Source: Alphaproteobacteria bacterium (GTDB taxonomy: Bacteria; Pseudomonadota; Alphaproteobacteria; GCA-2731375). Taken from it: a stretch of DNA of 64,000 bases. The DNA lies in NCBI GenBank assembly GCA_965232515.1, contig CBDDPY010000002.1, positions 7,072,001-7,136,000 of the forward strand, in the 5' to 3' direction. The notes under the pieces are model-generated. The model was not told where the DNA came from. It saw only the letters and a program-made list of their open reading frames with translations, and searched no databases. Shown piece by piece: positions 32,426-42,402 of this stretch. Each line of letters opens with the position of its first letter. Positions within the stretch are counted from its first letter, which is position 1. Position numbers and translations under genes: made by a program.

Positions 32426-33015
32426 TCCGCGCGACCTGGCGTGCCGGCGGACGAGAACCAGCGTCCGGCTAATCGGTGACGCGGTTTGTGTATCCGCCAC
32501 GACGTGACACGCGTCCAAGCAGGAACGTGCCATCAAACTGACAATCGCCATAGACCAGAAGGTGGCGTATTCGTCGCGATGCACGGCGTTATATAAAACG
32601 CCATATGAAATGATCTTTCGCACGCGCGTCGAACCGGTTTCTCTATGCGCCGGGTTCGAACCTGGTCTTTGGACGCATCACGTCGCCGACGTCGCGTGCA
32701 CACGGGTTATATGGAATGACATATGGATCGGCTGCCGGCGCCGGGCCGACCGGTGCGAGCGCGTTCGTCGACGACCACTGCTTGCCGTTCCGCTAAGGAC
32801 ATTCACCTACGGTGTTCTGCCAATTTCGCCGCACCGCTTGCGGCATCTAGCATAGACCCTGTCGCCCCGCGCCCAGAAAAAGCCCGGCGGTTCCTGCCCG
32901 CCGCGCTCGGCATCCTCTTTGCCGAGCCGCGGGCGTACCGTCGAGGCGAACCAGAACGGAACGCCGTGGTGAACAACGACAGTCGTCCCTTCCGCCATTC
33001 GGCCCGCAGATCGCT

Positions 33016-33031
33016 TGGCACGGAACGTGCT
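33016..33031 (+). promoter_or_regulatory. sigma54 (-24/-12) promoter upstream of the enhancer-binding protein gene
   Basis: TGGCACGGAACGTGCT, GG-N10-GC. Confidence 0.7.
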
Positions 33032-33140
33032 TCAAATTCCATGGGAGCGGCTGTGTGCTGACGGACGGAAAGAGCAGGAATGGCCTGTCGGTCGTCGCGC
33101 CGTTCGTCGCTAGGATACTGGCGGCGACGGGCCGGGGCGG

Positions 33141-34532
<1,392 letters not shown>

Positions 34533-34557
34533 ATGGCGGTGGATCTGCAGCGCGTTG

Positions 34558-34574
34558 TGTCCGCTGGCGTTACA
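34558..34574 (-). promoter_or_regulatory. 17-bp enhancer-like motif copy 1 (reverse orientation)
   Basis: TGTCCGCTGGCGTTACA is the reverse complement of TGTAACGCCAGCGGACA. Confidence 0.8.
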
Positions 34575-34716
34575 GTTTGGCGCGCGAATCCGCTGGCGGT
34601 GCGCTCTCCGGTCGGCGACGGGTACGACCGCCCGAGGCGTAATGGCGACGGACGTGAGCAGAGCGTTGCATGTTCGGCCGGGGTACGGGATCGGCGCCGC
34701 ATGGCGGTTGATCGCG

Positions 34717-34732
34717 TGGCATGCTTTTTGCT
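34717..34732 (+). promoter_or_regulatory. sigma54 promoter
   Basis: TGGCATGCTTTTTGCT. Confidence 0.85.
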
Positions 34733-34918
34733 GACGTGAGGTTAGCGACCTCTCCGTTTGCGGTCGCCGAGGGAGGTATGGGACAGACGCGTGGGACGAA
34801 CGTGGTTTGGGGCGAGACGGGTTCGCGTGCTCTGATGTCGACGCGTTAATAATTTGGTTAGATTCTGGTGTGCAGAAGAAATTGAGCCGAGGTCAAAAAC
34901 AAATCGAAACGTGGTGAA

Positions 34919-35752
34919 ATGGCTGAGTTTGGATTAGGTCGGCTGGCAATCACCGGCTTGTTGGTTGCGGGGCTCGCCATCGCGTCGTCGGCCGTTCGTG
35001 CCGACGATGACGATGATGAAGACGTCGATATCGATTTCGATTCCGACGTGTCGATCGACATCAATAAGTCGATATCCGTAACGGTCGACGTCAACATTAC
35101 CGGCGACATCGTGGTGAACGGCAGCGTCAACGTCTCCGAAACCGCCATGTCGCTGATCAACAACACCCAGGTCATCAATGACGGCCTGGTTACGCTCGCG
35201 GACTCGGACGCCGATTTCTCGAATACCGTCGTGCTCGGCACCGATGTGCTGGAATCGTCGAACGGCAACATCGGCGTCAACCTGTCGTCCGGCGCCAGCA
35301 TCCTGCAGGAAAACAGCGTGTCGCTGTCGACGTTGAGCGGCGGGCCCAGCACCTCGGCCGACGCCGAGTCGTTCAGCCTGCAGCAGAGCCTGAACAACAC
35401 GTTCAGCCCCGACAGCACCACGAACGACGTCGTCAATTCGGCGCAGCTGCTGGGCAACGTGCTGGCGGATGCCACCGGCAATATCGGCGTGAACATCGCC
35501 GTCGGCGCATTCCACGCGCAGGACAACTCGCTTGCTCTGGGTTCGGCCACCGGCAATACCGTGCTGGCGCAATCGTTGGCGAATACCGTGCAGGAAGTGT
35601 CGTTCGGCCGGACATTCCATGTCGACACCGTCAACAGCGTCACGCTCGGCGACAGCGTCCTGGCCGGCGCCAACGGCAATATCGGCCTCAACATCACGGC
35701 CGGCACCAATAACCTGCAGCGCAACACGCTGGTGATTTCTTCCGGCCAATAG
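34919..35752 (+). CDS. FapC-like amyloid subunit, divergent paralog with a poly-Asp N-terminus
   Basis: Signal peptide ending AVRA; three repeats GNIGVNLSSG..LQEN, GNIGVNIAVG..QDN, GNIGLNITAGTNNLQRN. Confidence 0.8.
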   Translation: MAEFGLGRLAITGLLVAGLAIASSAVRADDDDDEDVDIDFDSDVSIDINKSISVTVDVNITGDIVVNGSVNVSETAMSLINNTQVINDGLVTLADSDADFSNTVVLGTDVLESSNGNIGVNLSSGASILQENSVSLSTLSGGPSTSADAESFSLQQSLNNTFSPDSTTNDVVNSAQLLGNVLADATGNIGVNIAVGAFHAQDNSLALGSATGNTVLAQSLANTVQEVSFGRTFHVDTVNSVTLGDSVLAGANGNIGLNITAGTNNLQRNTLVISSGQ

Positions 35753-35790
35753 CCGCCGCGGCCACTTGGCCGACCCGATCAAACGAAATC

Positions 35791-35807
35791 TGTTCGCTGG
35801 CGTTACA
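35791..35807 (-). promoter_or_regulatory. 17-bp enhancer-like motif copy 2 (reverse orientation)
   Basis: TGTTCGCTGGCGTTACA. Confidence 0.75.
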
Positions 35808-35946
35808 CATTCCGCCGGCTTGGTGTCGCCGGATACGTCCATTGCCGAGCGGTTGGCCCGTCACGGGCCGTACCGGCCCAGGAAACGCCGCGCATAAACG
35901 GCCTCGATCGCGACGCCTCCGGTTCCGCCGCCGACGGAGCCAGGAC

Positions 35947-35962
35947 TGGCACGCTACTTGCT
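35947..35962 (+). promoter_or_regulatory. sigma54 promoter
   Basis: TGGCACGCTACTTGCT. Confidence 0.85.
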
Positions 35963-35999
35963 GAAGTTTCTGCGTGGCATTGACGGCACCGATAGGCCG

Positions 36000-36383
36000 A
36001 TGACAACACTTCTCGTGAACTGGTTGCGCTTGCACCGCCAGCGACCGCAGCGGTGCGTTCTGCGGCGTGTCGGGCTCGGCCTCATCTGCGTCGCGGCGGT
36101 GCTGTCCATCCCGATTTCCGCCGCGGCCGATCCGCTGAAAATGGTTCTGCCGGCGGCCGCGCTTCAGGATGGCCAGATCGTTACGGATGCGGACGTCCTG
36201 TCCGGCATTCGCGGCCGCGGCGCCGAGGGGCCGGACGTTATGTCGGCGGGACCGGATCTCGCCGTCGTGCTGTGGGATGAACTCGAGCGTCCGACGCGCA
36301 ACGGTCAGTCCGGCTCCATCTATTCGCATTCCGCCGGCAATCAGAACATGCAGGCGTCCACGCTGTCGGCGACGCGGTACTGA
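36000..36383 (+). CDS. Small secreted accessory protein of the Fap-like locus
   Basis: Start moved from 35958 (inside the promoter) to ATG 36000; hydrophobic signal LGLICVAAVLSIPISAAA; IVTDADVLSGIRGRG motif similar to that of the FapE-like protein. Confidence 0.6.
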   Translation: MTTLLVNWLRLHRQRPQRCVLRRVGLGLICVAAVLSIPISAAADPLKMVLPAAALQDGQIVTDADVLSGIRGRGAEGPDVMSAGPDLAVVLWDELERPTRNGQSGSIYSHSAGNQNMQASTLSATRY

Positions 36384-36386
36384 GCC

Positions 36387-36908
36387 GTGCGGGTTCGCGC
36401 CAAACCGACGGCCGCCTGGACGACGTTCTGGCTCGGATTGTCGGCATGTGTGATCTCGGTCGCGGCGCCGGCGCCGATGGTGCTGGCGGCGGACGGAAAG
36501 ATCGTCGTTATTCGCCAGGTGCCGCCCCGGCCCGCCTACCGGCAGGGGCCGCCGGGTCCCGCGGTCGAGGTCAGCACGACCCCACGCATCGATCTCTCGG
36601 CGACAGGGCGGATCAGTCCGACCGTGCTCGACGCCGTGCCGAACGCCGAGATCATCAGCGATGGTGAAGCCGCGGCCATTGCCGGCGGCGCCGCGCCGCT
36701 GCAGCCGCAGCCGTCGTCAGGCGGCCTGACCGGTCTCGCGGCCGGGGAGGGCGCGCGGCGGACCGGCGGGACCGATGTCCGCGGGCAGTTCGGCGCGCTG
36801 CAGTCGCTTGGGACAATTCCGACACAGGTCGGCGCCGCCGGCCGGTCGGTCAGCCGCGCGACATCCGGCCTGAGCAACACCGTTCGCCGGGCCCTCGGGC
36901 AGCAATAG
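36387..36908 (+). CDS. FapA-like secreted accessory protein
   Basis: Signal peptide; DGKIVVIRQVPPRPAYR and EIISDGEAAAIAGG segments resemble FapA; Gly/Ser-rich C-terminus; lies directly before the FapB-like gene. Confidence 0.6.
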   Translation: MRVRAKPTAAWTTFWLGLSACVISVAAPAPMVLAADGKIVVIRQVPPRPAYRQGPPGPAVEVSTTPRIDLSATGRISPTVLDAVPNAEIISDGEAAAIAGGAAPLQPQPSSGGLTGLAAGEGARRTGGTDVRGQFGALQSLGTIPTQVGAAGRSVSRATSGLSNTVRRALGQQ

Positions 36909-36926
36909 TCAGGAACGCCGATAATC

Positions 36927-37526
36927 ATGATGACAAGCCGACAGACGTGCCTTGCGGGCCTGTTGCTTTCGGCGGTTCTGGCCGCCTTACCGGCGCGGGC
37001 ACAGGAAGTCGTCACGCAATCGACGATCAACGACGATGCGCTGCGGGACATCGCCGGCGTCGCTCTGATCAACCAAAGCGCCGGCGACGGCAATCAGCAG
37101 CTCAACAGCGCGGCGCTGGCGGTAAACGCCACGGGCCTGGCGGTCGCGTTTACGGCGGGCGCGCAGCATACCGATCCGGCGCCGACCGACGTGGAGCTCG
37201 ACGCTTTCGCCGTGATCGATGACGACGCTTTTGCCAACGCGCGGGGTCTGGTCTCGGTCAGCCAGGCCAGCGGCATCGGCAACCAGCAGATCAACTTCGC
37301 CTCGCTCGCCGTCGGTGTCGACGTCAGCGTGCTGGCCGAAGCCGAGCTCAGCCAGAGCCGCACCGGCGATCCGCCGCCGGCCGATGCGGAACCCGAGGGC
37401 GCGCGGCTGACCCACATTGACGATCGCGCGTTCCTGGATGCCTCGGGCGTTATTCAGGTCAACCAGGTCGCCGGCGTGTCGAACAACACCTTCAACCGCT
37501 TCGCGTTGACGATGTCGGCAAATTAG
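36927..37526 (+). CDS. FapB-like minor amyloid subunit / nucleator
   Basis: Signal peptide; three repeats IxDxA..xxGxxxxNQxAGxGNQQxN (INQSAGDGNQQLN, VSQASGIGNQQIN, VNQVAGVSNNTFN). Confidence 0.8.
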   Translation: MMTSRQTCLAGLLLSAVLAALPARAQEVVTQSTINDDALRDIAGVALINQSAGDGNQQLNSAALAVNATGLAVAFTAGAQHTDPAPTDVELDAFAVIDDDAFANARGLVSVSQASGIGNQQINFASLAVGVDVSVLAEAELSQSRTGDPPPADAEPEGARLTHIDDRAFLDASGVIQVNQVAGVSNNTFNRFALTMSAN

Positions 37527-37541
37527 CTCGCACAGGGATAT

Positions 37542-37558
37542 TGTCCGCAGGCGTTACA
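37542..37558 (-). promoter_or_regulatory. 17-bp enhancer-like motif copy 3 (reverse orientation)
   Basis: TGTCCGCAGGCGTTACA. Confidence 0.8.
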
Positions 37559-37705
37559 GTTATCGAACGCCAACCGTCCGCCAACGGATCCATCGCCATC
37601 TGGAAACCGAAAGCCGCCCAAACGCTGGACTGAAGTCCCGATCGTCCAGATTCCCGGGGCATCGACGACAGGCGCGACCCTTCTGTCCGACAAGCGCAAT
37701 TGGTT

Positions 37706-37721
37706 TGGCACAGGAATTGCT
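37706..37721 (+). promoter_or_regulatory. sigma54 promoter
   Basis: TGGCACAGGAATTGCT. Confidence 0.88.
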
Positions 37722-37819
37722 TCAATGCTCTTGAACGGTGCGCCGAGGACCATAACGGCGCCGAAATCGAAAGACCGTGCTCGACACGGCATGACCTGTA
37801 ACGACAGGAGGTCCAGACG

Positions 37820-38659
37820 ATGGCAGTCAGATACGGCCTGGCGGTGGTGGCGGGAATTTTCGTCGCCGCCTGGATTGCGGGTCCGGCCGTCGCGCAAGGC
37901 GTGACCCTGACGAAGACCTACGATGAAGACATCAATGTCGAATACGACAATACGGTCGATGTGGACATCGCCAAGGACATCGATGTCTCGAAGGACATCG
38001 ACTACAACGGCGTCGTGAACATCACCGGCAACATCAATGTGTCGGAATCGGCGGTGTCGGTGATCGACAACAAGCAGATCATCGACGACGGCTTCGTCAG
38101 CGTGACCGGCAGCGACGCGACGCTCAGCAACGTCGCCATCATCGACGGCACGGTGCTCGGCGGCGCCGGCGGTAACATCGCCGTCAACCTGACGGTCGGC
38201 GACAACAACCTGCAGGAAAACGTTGGCATCCTGTCGGCGATCGGCGCCACCACGACGGAAGGCGCGGCCGACGCCGAATCCTTCAATCTGCAGAAGAGCA
38301 TCAACAACGACTTCTCCGCCAGCTCCGACGCCGAGGTCTTCAACAACACCCAGATGCTCGGCTCGGTTCTGGCCGGCGCGGCCGGTAATGTCGCGCTCAA
38401 CGCGGCGACGGGTGCCTATAACGGCCAGAAGAACGCGCTGGCGATCGCCGCGGTGAGCGGGGCGGCGACGCTGTCCGAAGCGACGGCGGCGATCCTGCAG
38501 GAGGTCACCTTCAACTCCACGGTTCACAACAACACCGCCAATCAGGTCACCCTGCAGGACAGCGTCGCCAACGCGGCGACCGGCAATATCGGGCTCAACC
38601 TGGCGGCCGGCACCAATAATCTGCAACAAAACACGCTGGCCATCTCGTCCGTGCAGTAG
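37820..38659 (+). CDS. FapC-like major amyloid subunit, tandem copy A
   Basis: GGAGG RBS; signal peptide ending AVA-Q; three GN[IV]xxNxxxG..Q.N repeats; N/D/A/G/T/V-rich. Confidence 0.85.
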   Translation: MAVRYGLAVVAGIFVAAWIAGPAVAQGVTLTKTYDEDINVEYDNTVDVDIAKDIDVSKDIDYNGVVNITGNINVSESAVSVIDNKQIIDDGFVSVTGSDATLSNVAIIDGTVLGGAGGNIAVNLTVGDNNLQENVGILSAIGATTTEGAADAESFNLQKSINNDFSASSDAEVFNNTQMLGSVLAGAAGNVALNAATGAYNGQKNALAIAAVSGAATLSEATAAILQEVTFNSTVHNNTANQVTLQDSVANAATGNIGLNLAAGTNNLQQNTLAISSVQ

Positions 38660-38687
38660 CGTCCCCCAAACGCTCCAAACGACATCG

Positions 38688-38716
38688 GGCCCGGCAATCG
38701 CGCCGGGCCGTTTTTT
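38688..38716 (+). terminator. Rho-independent terminator after copy A
   Basis: GGCCCGGC-aatcgc-GCCGGGCC followed by GTTTTTT. Confidence 0.85.
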
Positions 38717-38782
38717 GTCCGCGGGCATTGGCGGTCGTCTGGCCGCAAACGGTCATCGCGTAAACGACATCGACTGTTCGAC

Positions 38783-38799
38783 TGTAACGGCAGCGGACA
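38783..38799 (+). promoter_or_regulatory. 17-bp enhancer-like motif copy 4
   Basis: TGTAACGGCAGCGGACA, 66 bp before the promoter. Confidence 0.8.
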
Positions 38800-38865
38800 G
38801 AACGCCGGCCGCGCGATAGCCACGTCTTCCACCAGAACCGTGGGTCAGCCGGGCGTTCGATCGAC

Positions 38866-38881
38866 TGGCATGACGCTTGCT
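38866..38881 (+). promoter_or_regulatory. sigma54 promoter
   Basis: TGGCATGACGCTTGCT. Confidence 0.85.
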
Positions 38882-38990
38882 TTGTAGATCCGTGAGGCAG
38901 GAAGCCATGACGTCGGCGGCGTGCGCGTCGAAGACCTCCGTTCCTGTCGGTCCATCCCAGTCTTATCCGTAACCGTGGGAGGTTCAGAGC

Positions 38991-39830
38991 ATGAAACTAG
39001 GACTGAGTACGCTGGCGGGCATTGCCGTCGCCGCCCTGATCGCGGGTCCGGCTTTCGCGCAATCGACCAGCGTCAGCTTGACCAAGACCTATGACGAGGA
39101 CGTCGACGTCGAATACGACAACACCGTTGATGTCGACATCGCCAAGGACATCGATGTCTCCAAGGACATGGACTACAACGGCGTGGTGAACATTACCGGC
39201 AACATCGACGTCTCCGAAGCCGCGATGTCCGTTGTCGACAACAAGCAGATCGTCGATGACAACATTGTCTCGGTAACGGGCACCGACGCGACGATTAGCA
39301 ATGTCGCCCTGATCGACGGCACCGTGCTCGGCGGCGCCGGCGGCAATATCGGCGTCAACGTCGCGGTCGGCGACAACCTGCTGCAGGAGAACGTGGCGGT
39401 TCTGTCGGCGATCGGCGGCACGGCGGCGGCCGGCTCGGCCGATGCCGAGGCCTTCAGCGTGCAGAAGGGCGTCAACAACAGCGTGTCCGGCAGCTCGGAC
39501 GCCGAAGTCTTCAACAACACGCAACTGCTTGGTGACGTGCTCGCGCTCGCGACCGGCAATGTCGGCCTGAACGCGGCAACCGGCGCCTACAACGGCCAGA
39601 AGAATGCACTGGCCATCGCGGCGGTGACCGGGTCGGCGACCCTGTCGGAAGCCACGGCGGCCGTGTTGCAGGAGAGCACCTTCAACTCGACCTCGCACAA
39701 CGACACCGCCAACTCGGTGTCGCTGGGCGACAACGTCGCCAACGGCGCGACGGGCAATATCGGTCTCAACCTGACCGCAGGCGCCAACAATCTGCAGCAG
39801 AACACGCTGGCGATTTCGTCCGTCAACTAA
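38991..39830 (+). CDS. FapC-like major amyloid subunit, tandem copy B
   Basis: Paralog of copy A; GGAGG RBS; signal peptide ending AFA-Q; three repeats. Confidence 0.85.
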   Translation: MKLGLSTLAGIAVAALIAGPAFAQSTSVSLTKTYDEDVDVEYDNTVDVDIAKDIDVSKDMDYNGVVNITGNIDVSEAAMSVVDNKQIVDDNIVSVTGTDATISNVALIDGTVLGGAGGNIGVNVAVGDNLLQENVAVLSAIGGTAAAGSADAEAFSVQKGVNNSVSGSSDAEVFNNTQLLGDVLALATGNVGLNAATGAYNGQKNALAIAAVTGSATLSEATAAVLQESTFNSTSHNDTANSVSLGDNVANGATGNIGLNLTAGANNLQQNTLAISSVN

Positions 39831-39850
39831 TCGTTCTGCAAGCCTGATCG

Positions 39851-39888
39851 AAGGGCTCCGGCTTCACGGCCGGGGCCCTTTTCTTTTT
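39851..39888 (+). terminator. Rho-independent terminator after copy B
   Basis: AAGGGCTCCGGC-ttcacg-GCCGGGGCCCTT followed by TTCTTTTT. Confidence 0.9.
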
Positions 39889-39963
39889 GTCGACCGGTCG
39901 CCCAAAGGCAATCTTTTCGCACGCCGCATCCGCCAGGCAGCAAGCGAGAAACAAGGCGTCCGC

Positions 39964-39980
39964 TGTAACGCGACCGGACA
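39964..39980 (+). promoter_or_regulatory. 17-bp enhancer-like motif copy 5
   Basis: TGTAACGCGACCGGACA, 66 bp before the promoter. Confidence 0.8.
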
Positions 39981-40046
39981 GAAACGCTTGGGCCAACCGG
40001 CGCGCGCGAAGCGGAATTTTCCATTCAAAACAGAAGACTAGGTTGC

Positions 40047-40062
40047 TGGCATGGGAATTGCT
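40047..40062 (+). promoter_or_regulatory. sigma54 promoter
   Basis: TGGCATGGGAATTGCT. Confidence 0.88.
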
Positions 40063-40153
40063 TTGACGTAGTTGAGGCAGGATCAAACGCGTCGATGACC
40101 GTCACTCCTGTCGGTACCACAAACCGTTCCTGTAACCGTGGGAGGTTCACACC

Positions 40154-41008
40154 ATGAAACTAGGACTGAGTACATTGGCGCTGGCAGGCGTCGCCGTAGC
40201 CGCATTGATCGCGGGTCCGGTATTCGCGCAAACGGTCACGACGAGCGTCAGCCTGTCGAAGACGTATGACGAAGACGTCGACGTCAACTACGACAACACC
40301 GTCGATGTCGACATCGCCAAGGATATCGATGTCTCCAAGGACATGGACTACAACGGCGTGGTGAACATCACCGGCAACATCAACGTGTCGGAAGCCGCGA
40401 TGTCCACCGTCGACAACAAGCAAATCGTCGACGACAACATCGTTGATGTGCTTGGCAGCGATGCGACGCTCAGCAACGTCGCGCTGATCGACGGCACCGT
40501 GCTCGGTGGCGCCGGCGGCAACATTGGCGTCAACGTCGCGGTCGGCGACAACCTGCTGCAGGAAAATGTGGCCGTGTTGTCGGCGATTGGTGGAACGGCA
40601 GCGGCCGGCTCGGCCGACGCCGAGGCCTTCAGCGTCCAGAAGAGCATCAACAACGAGTTTGATGACGGCGTTGAGGACGCGGAAGTCTTCAACAACACGC
40701 AGCTGATCGGCGCGGTGCTGGCGGGCGCGACGGGTAACGTCGGCCTGAACGCGGCGACCGGTGCCTACAACGGTCAGAAGAATGCGTTGGCTATCGCCGC
40801 GGTGACCGGCTCGGCCACCCTGTCCGAGGCCACGGCAGCGATCCTGCAGGAGAGCACCTTCAACGACACCTCACACACCGACACGGCGAACGAGGTCAAG
40901 TTGCAGGACAGCGTCGCGAACCTGGCGACCGGCAACATCGGTATCAACCTGACCGCCGGCACTAACAATCTGCAGCAGAACACGCTGGCGATTTCGTCCG
41001 TTAACTAA
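40154..41008 (+). CDS. FapC-like major amyloid subunit, tandem copy C
   Basis: Paralog of copies A and B; GGAGG RBS; signal peptide; three repeats. Confidence 0.85.
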   Translation: MKLGLSTLALAGVAVAALIAGPVFAQTVTTSVSLSKTYDEDVDVNYDNTVDVDIAKDIDVSKDMDYNGVVNITGNINVSEAAMSTVDNKQIVDDNIVDVLGSDATLSNVALIDGTVLGGAGGNIGVNVAVGDNLLQENVAVLSAIGGTAAAGSADAEAFSVQKSINNEFDDGVEDAEVFNNTQLIGAVLAGATGNVGLNAATGAYNGQKNALAIAAVTGSATLSEATAAILQESTFNDTSHTDTANEVKLQDSVANLATGNIGINLTAGTNNLQQNTLAISSVN

Positions 41009-41027
41009 CCCCTCTGCCCTTACCCCC

Positions 41028-41063
41028 AAGGGTCTCGGCCATTGGGCCGGGACCCTTTTTTTT
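41028..41063 (+). terminator. Rho-independent terminator after copy C
   Basis: AAGGGTCTCGGCC-attg-GGCCGGGACCCTT followed by a T run. Confidence 0.9.
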
Positions 41064-41084
41064 GGTTTTGAACGTGTCGTCCGC

Positions 41085-41101
41085 TGTAACGCGACCGGAC
41101 A
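41085..41101 (+). promoter_or_regulatory. 17-bp enhancer-like motif copy 6
   Basis: TGTAACGCGACCGGACA, 66 bp before the promoter. Confidence 0.8.
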
Positions 41102-41167
41102 GAATGTCCGTCGAAGCGTGCGGCTCCAAATCGCGAAACTGCCATTGTCGGCAGCCACTTAAACCGC

Positions 41168-41183
41168 TGGCACGGGAATTGCT
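41168..41183 (+). promoter_or_regulatory. sigma54 promoter
   Basis: TGGCACGGGAATTGCT. Confidence 0.9.
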
Positions 41184-41291
41184 TCGTTGAGGTTGAGGCA
41201 GGACCCCGAAGTGACGGCGCCTCCTGCGTCGGGCGCTTTGCCCCTGTCCCTCCGTGTCACGTAATTTCGGCAACTACGGGAGGTTCCAATA

Positions 41292-42134
41292 ATGAAGCTC
41301 AAACACGGTGTGATGGCGCTGGCGGGCGCTGCCGTAGCCGCCCTGATCGCGGGTCCGGCCTTCGCGCAATCGACCGCCGTCAGCTTGACCAAGACCTACG
41401 ACGAGGACGTCAACGTCGAGTACGACAACACCGTTGATGTCGACATCGCCAAGGACATCGATGTCTCCAAGGACATGGATTACAACGGCGTGGTCAACAT
41501 CACCGGCAACATCAACGTATCCGAAGCCGCGATGTCGGTCGTCGACAACAAGCAGATCGTCGACGACAACTTCGTTGACGTGACGGGAAGCGACGCGACC
41601 TTGAACAATGTCGCGCTGATCGACGGCACCGTGCTCGGTGGCGCCGGCGGCAACATCGGCGTCAACGTCGCGGTCGGCGACAGCCAGCTGCAGGAGAATG
41701 TGGCTGTTCTGTCGGCGATCGGCGGCACGGCGGCGGCCGGCTCGGCCGACGCGGAAGCCTTCAGCGTCCAGAAGAGCATCAACAACGAGTTCGACGGCGA
41801 AGAAGGCGAGGTGTTCAACAATACCCAGCTGCTGGGTGACGTGCTCGCGGCCGCGACCGGCAATGTCGGCCTGAACGCGGCGACCGGCGCCTACAACGGC
41901 CAGAAGAACGCGTTGGCCATCGCGGCGGTGACCGGCTCGGCAACCCTGTCCGAGGCCACGGCGGCGATCCTGCAGGAGAGCACGTTCAACGACACGCTCC
42001 ACAACGACACGGCCAACGAGGTCAAGCTGCAGGGCAACGTCGCGAATACGGCGACCGGCAACATCGGCCTCAACCTGACGGCCGGCACCAACAATCTGCA
42101 GCAGAACACGTTGGCGATTTCGTCCGTCAACTAG
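41292..42134 (+). CDS. FapC-like major amyloid subunit, tandem copy D
   Basis: Paralog; GGAGG RBS; signal peptide; three repeats. Confidence 0.85.
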   Translation: MKLKHGVMALAGAAVAALIAGPAFAQSTAVSLTKTYDEDVNVEYDNTVDVDIAKDIDVSKDMDYNGVVNITGNINVSEAAMSVVDNKQIVDDNFVDVTGSDATLNNVALIDGTVLGGAGGNIGVNVAVGDSQLQENVAVLSAIGGTAAAGSADAEAFSVQKSINNEFDGEEGEVFNNTQLLGDVLAAATGNVGLNAATGAYNGQKNALAIAAVTGSATLSEATAAILQESTFNDTLHNDTANEVKLQGNVANTATGNIGLNLTAGTNNLQQNTLAISSVN

Positions 42135-42154
42135 CCGAGCTGCATCCATCTTCC

Positions 42155-42188
42155 AGGGTCCCGGCCGCTGTGTCGGGGCCCTTTTTTT
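42155..42188 (+). terminator. Rho-independent terminator after copy D
   Basis: AGGGTCCCGGC-cgctgt-GTCGGGGCCCT followed by a T run. Confidence 0.85.
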
Positions 42189-42198
42189 GTTCGCCCGG

Positions 42199-42215
42199 TG
42201 TAACGCCAGCGGACA
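42199..42215 (+). promoter_or_regulatory. 17-bp enhancer-like motif copy 7
   Basis: TGTAACGCCAGCGGACA, 64 bp before the promoter. Confidence 0.8.
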
Positions 42216-42279
42216 ACCGGATTGCCTTTCGCTTGGCCGCGTCGTCCGCAAAGTCCCACGGATGCGGGGCACTCCCGCT

Positions 42280-42295
42280 TGGCATGGGAGTTGCT
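42280..42295 (+). promoter_or_regulatory. sigma54 promoter
   Basis: TGGCATGGGAGTTGCT. Confidence 0.88.
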
Positions 42296-42402
42296 TTGAT
42301 TTCACTACGTTGGGGCGTCATTGGAAATGATGGCGGGCGTACGTTCGAACCGGATGCCCGTCGGAGCGATTCCGTCTCCAGAGACGGAGGGAGGCCCAGA
42401 TC

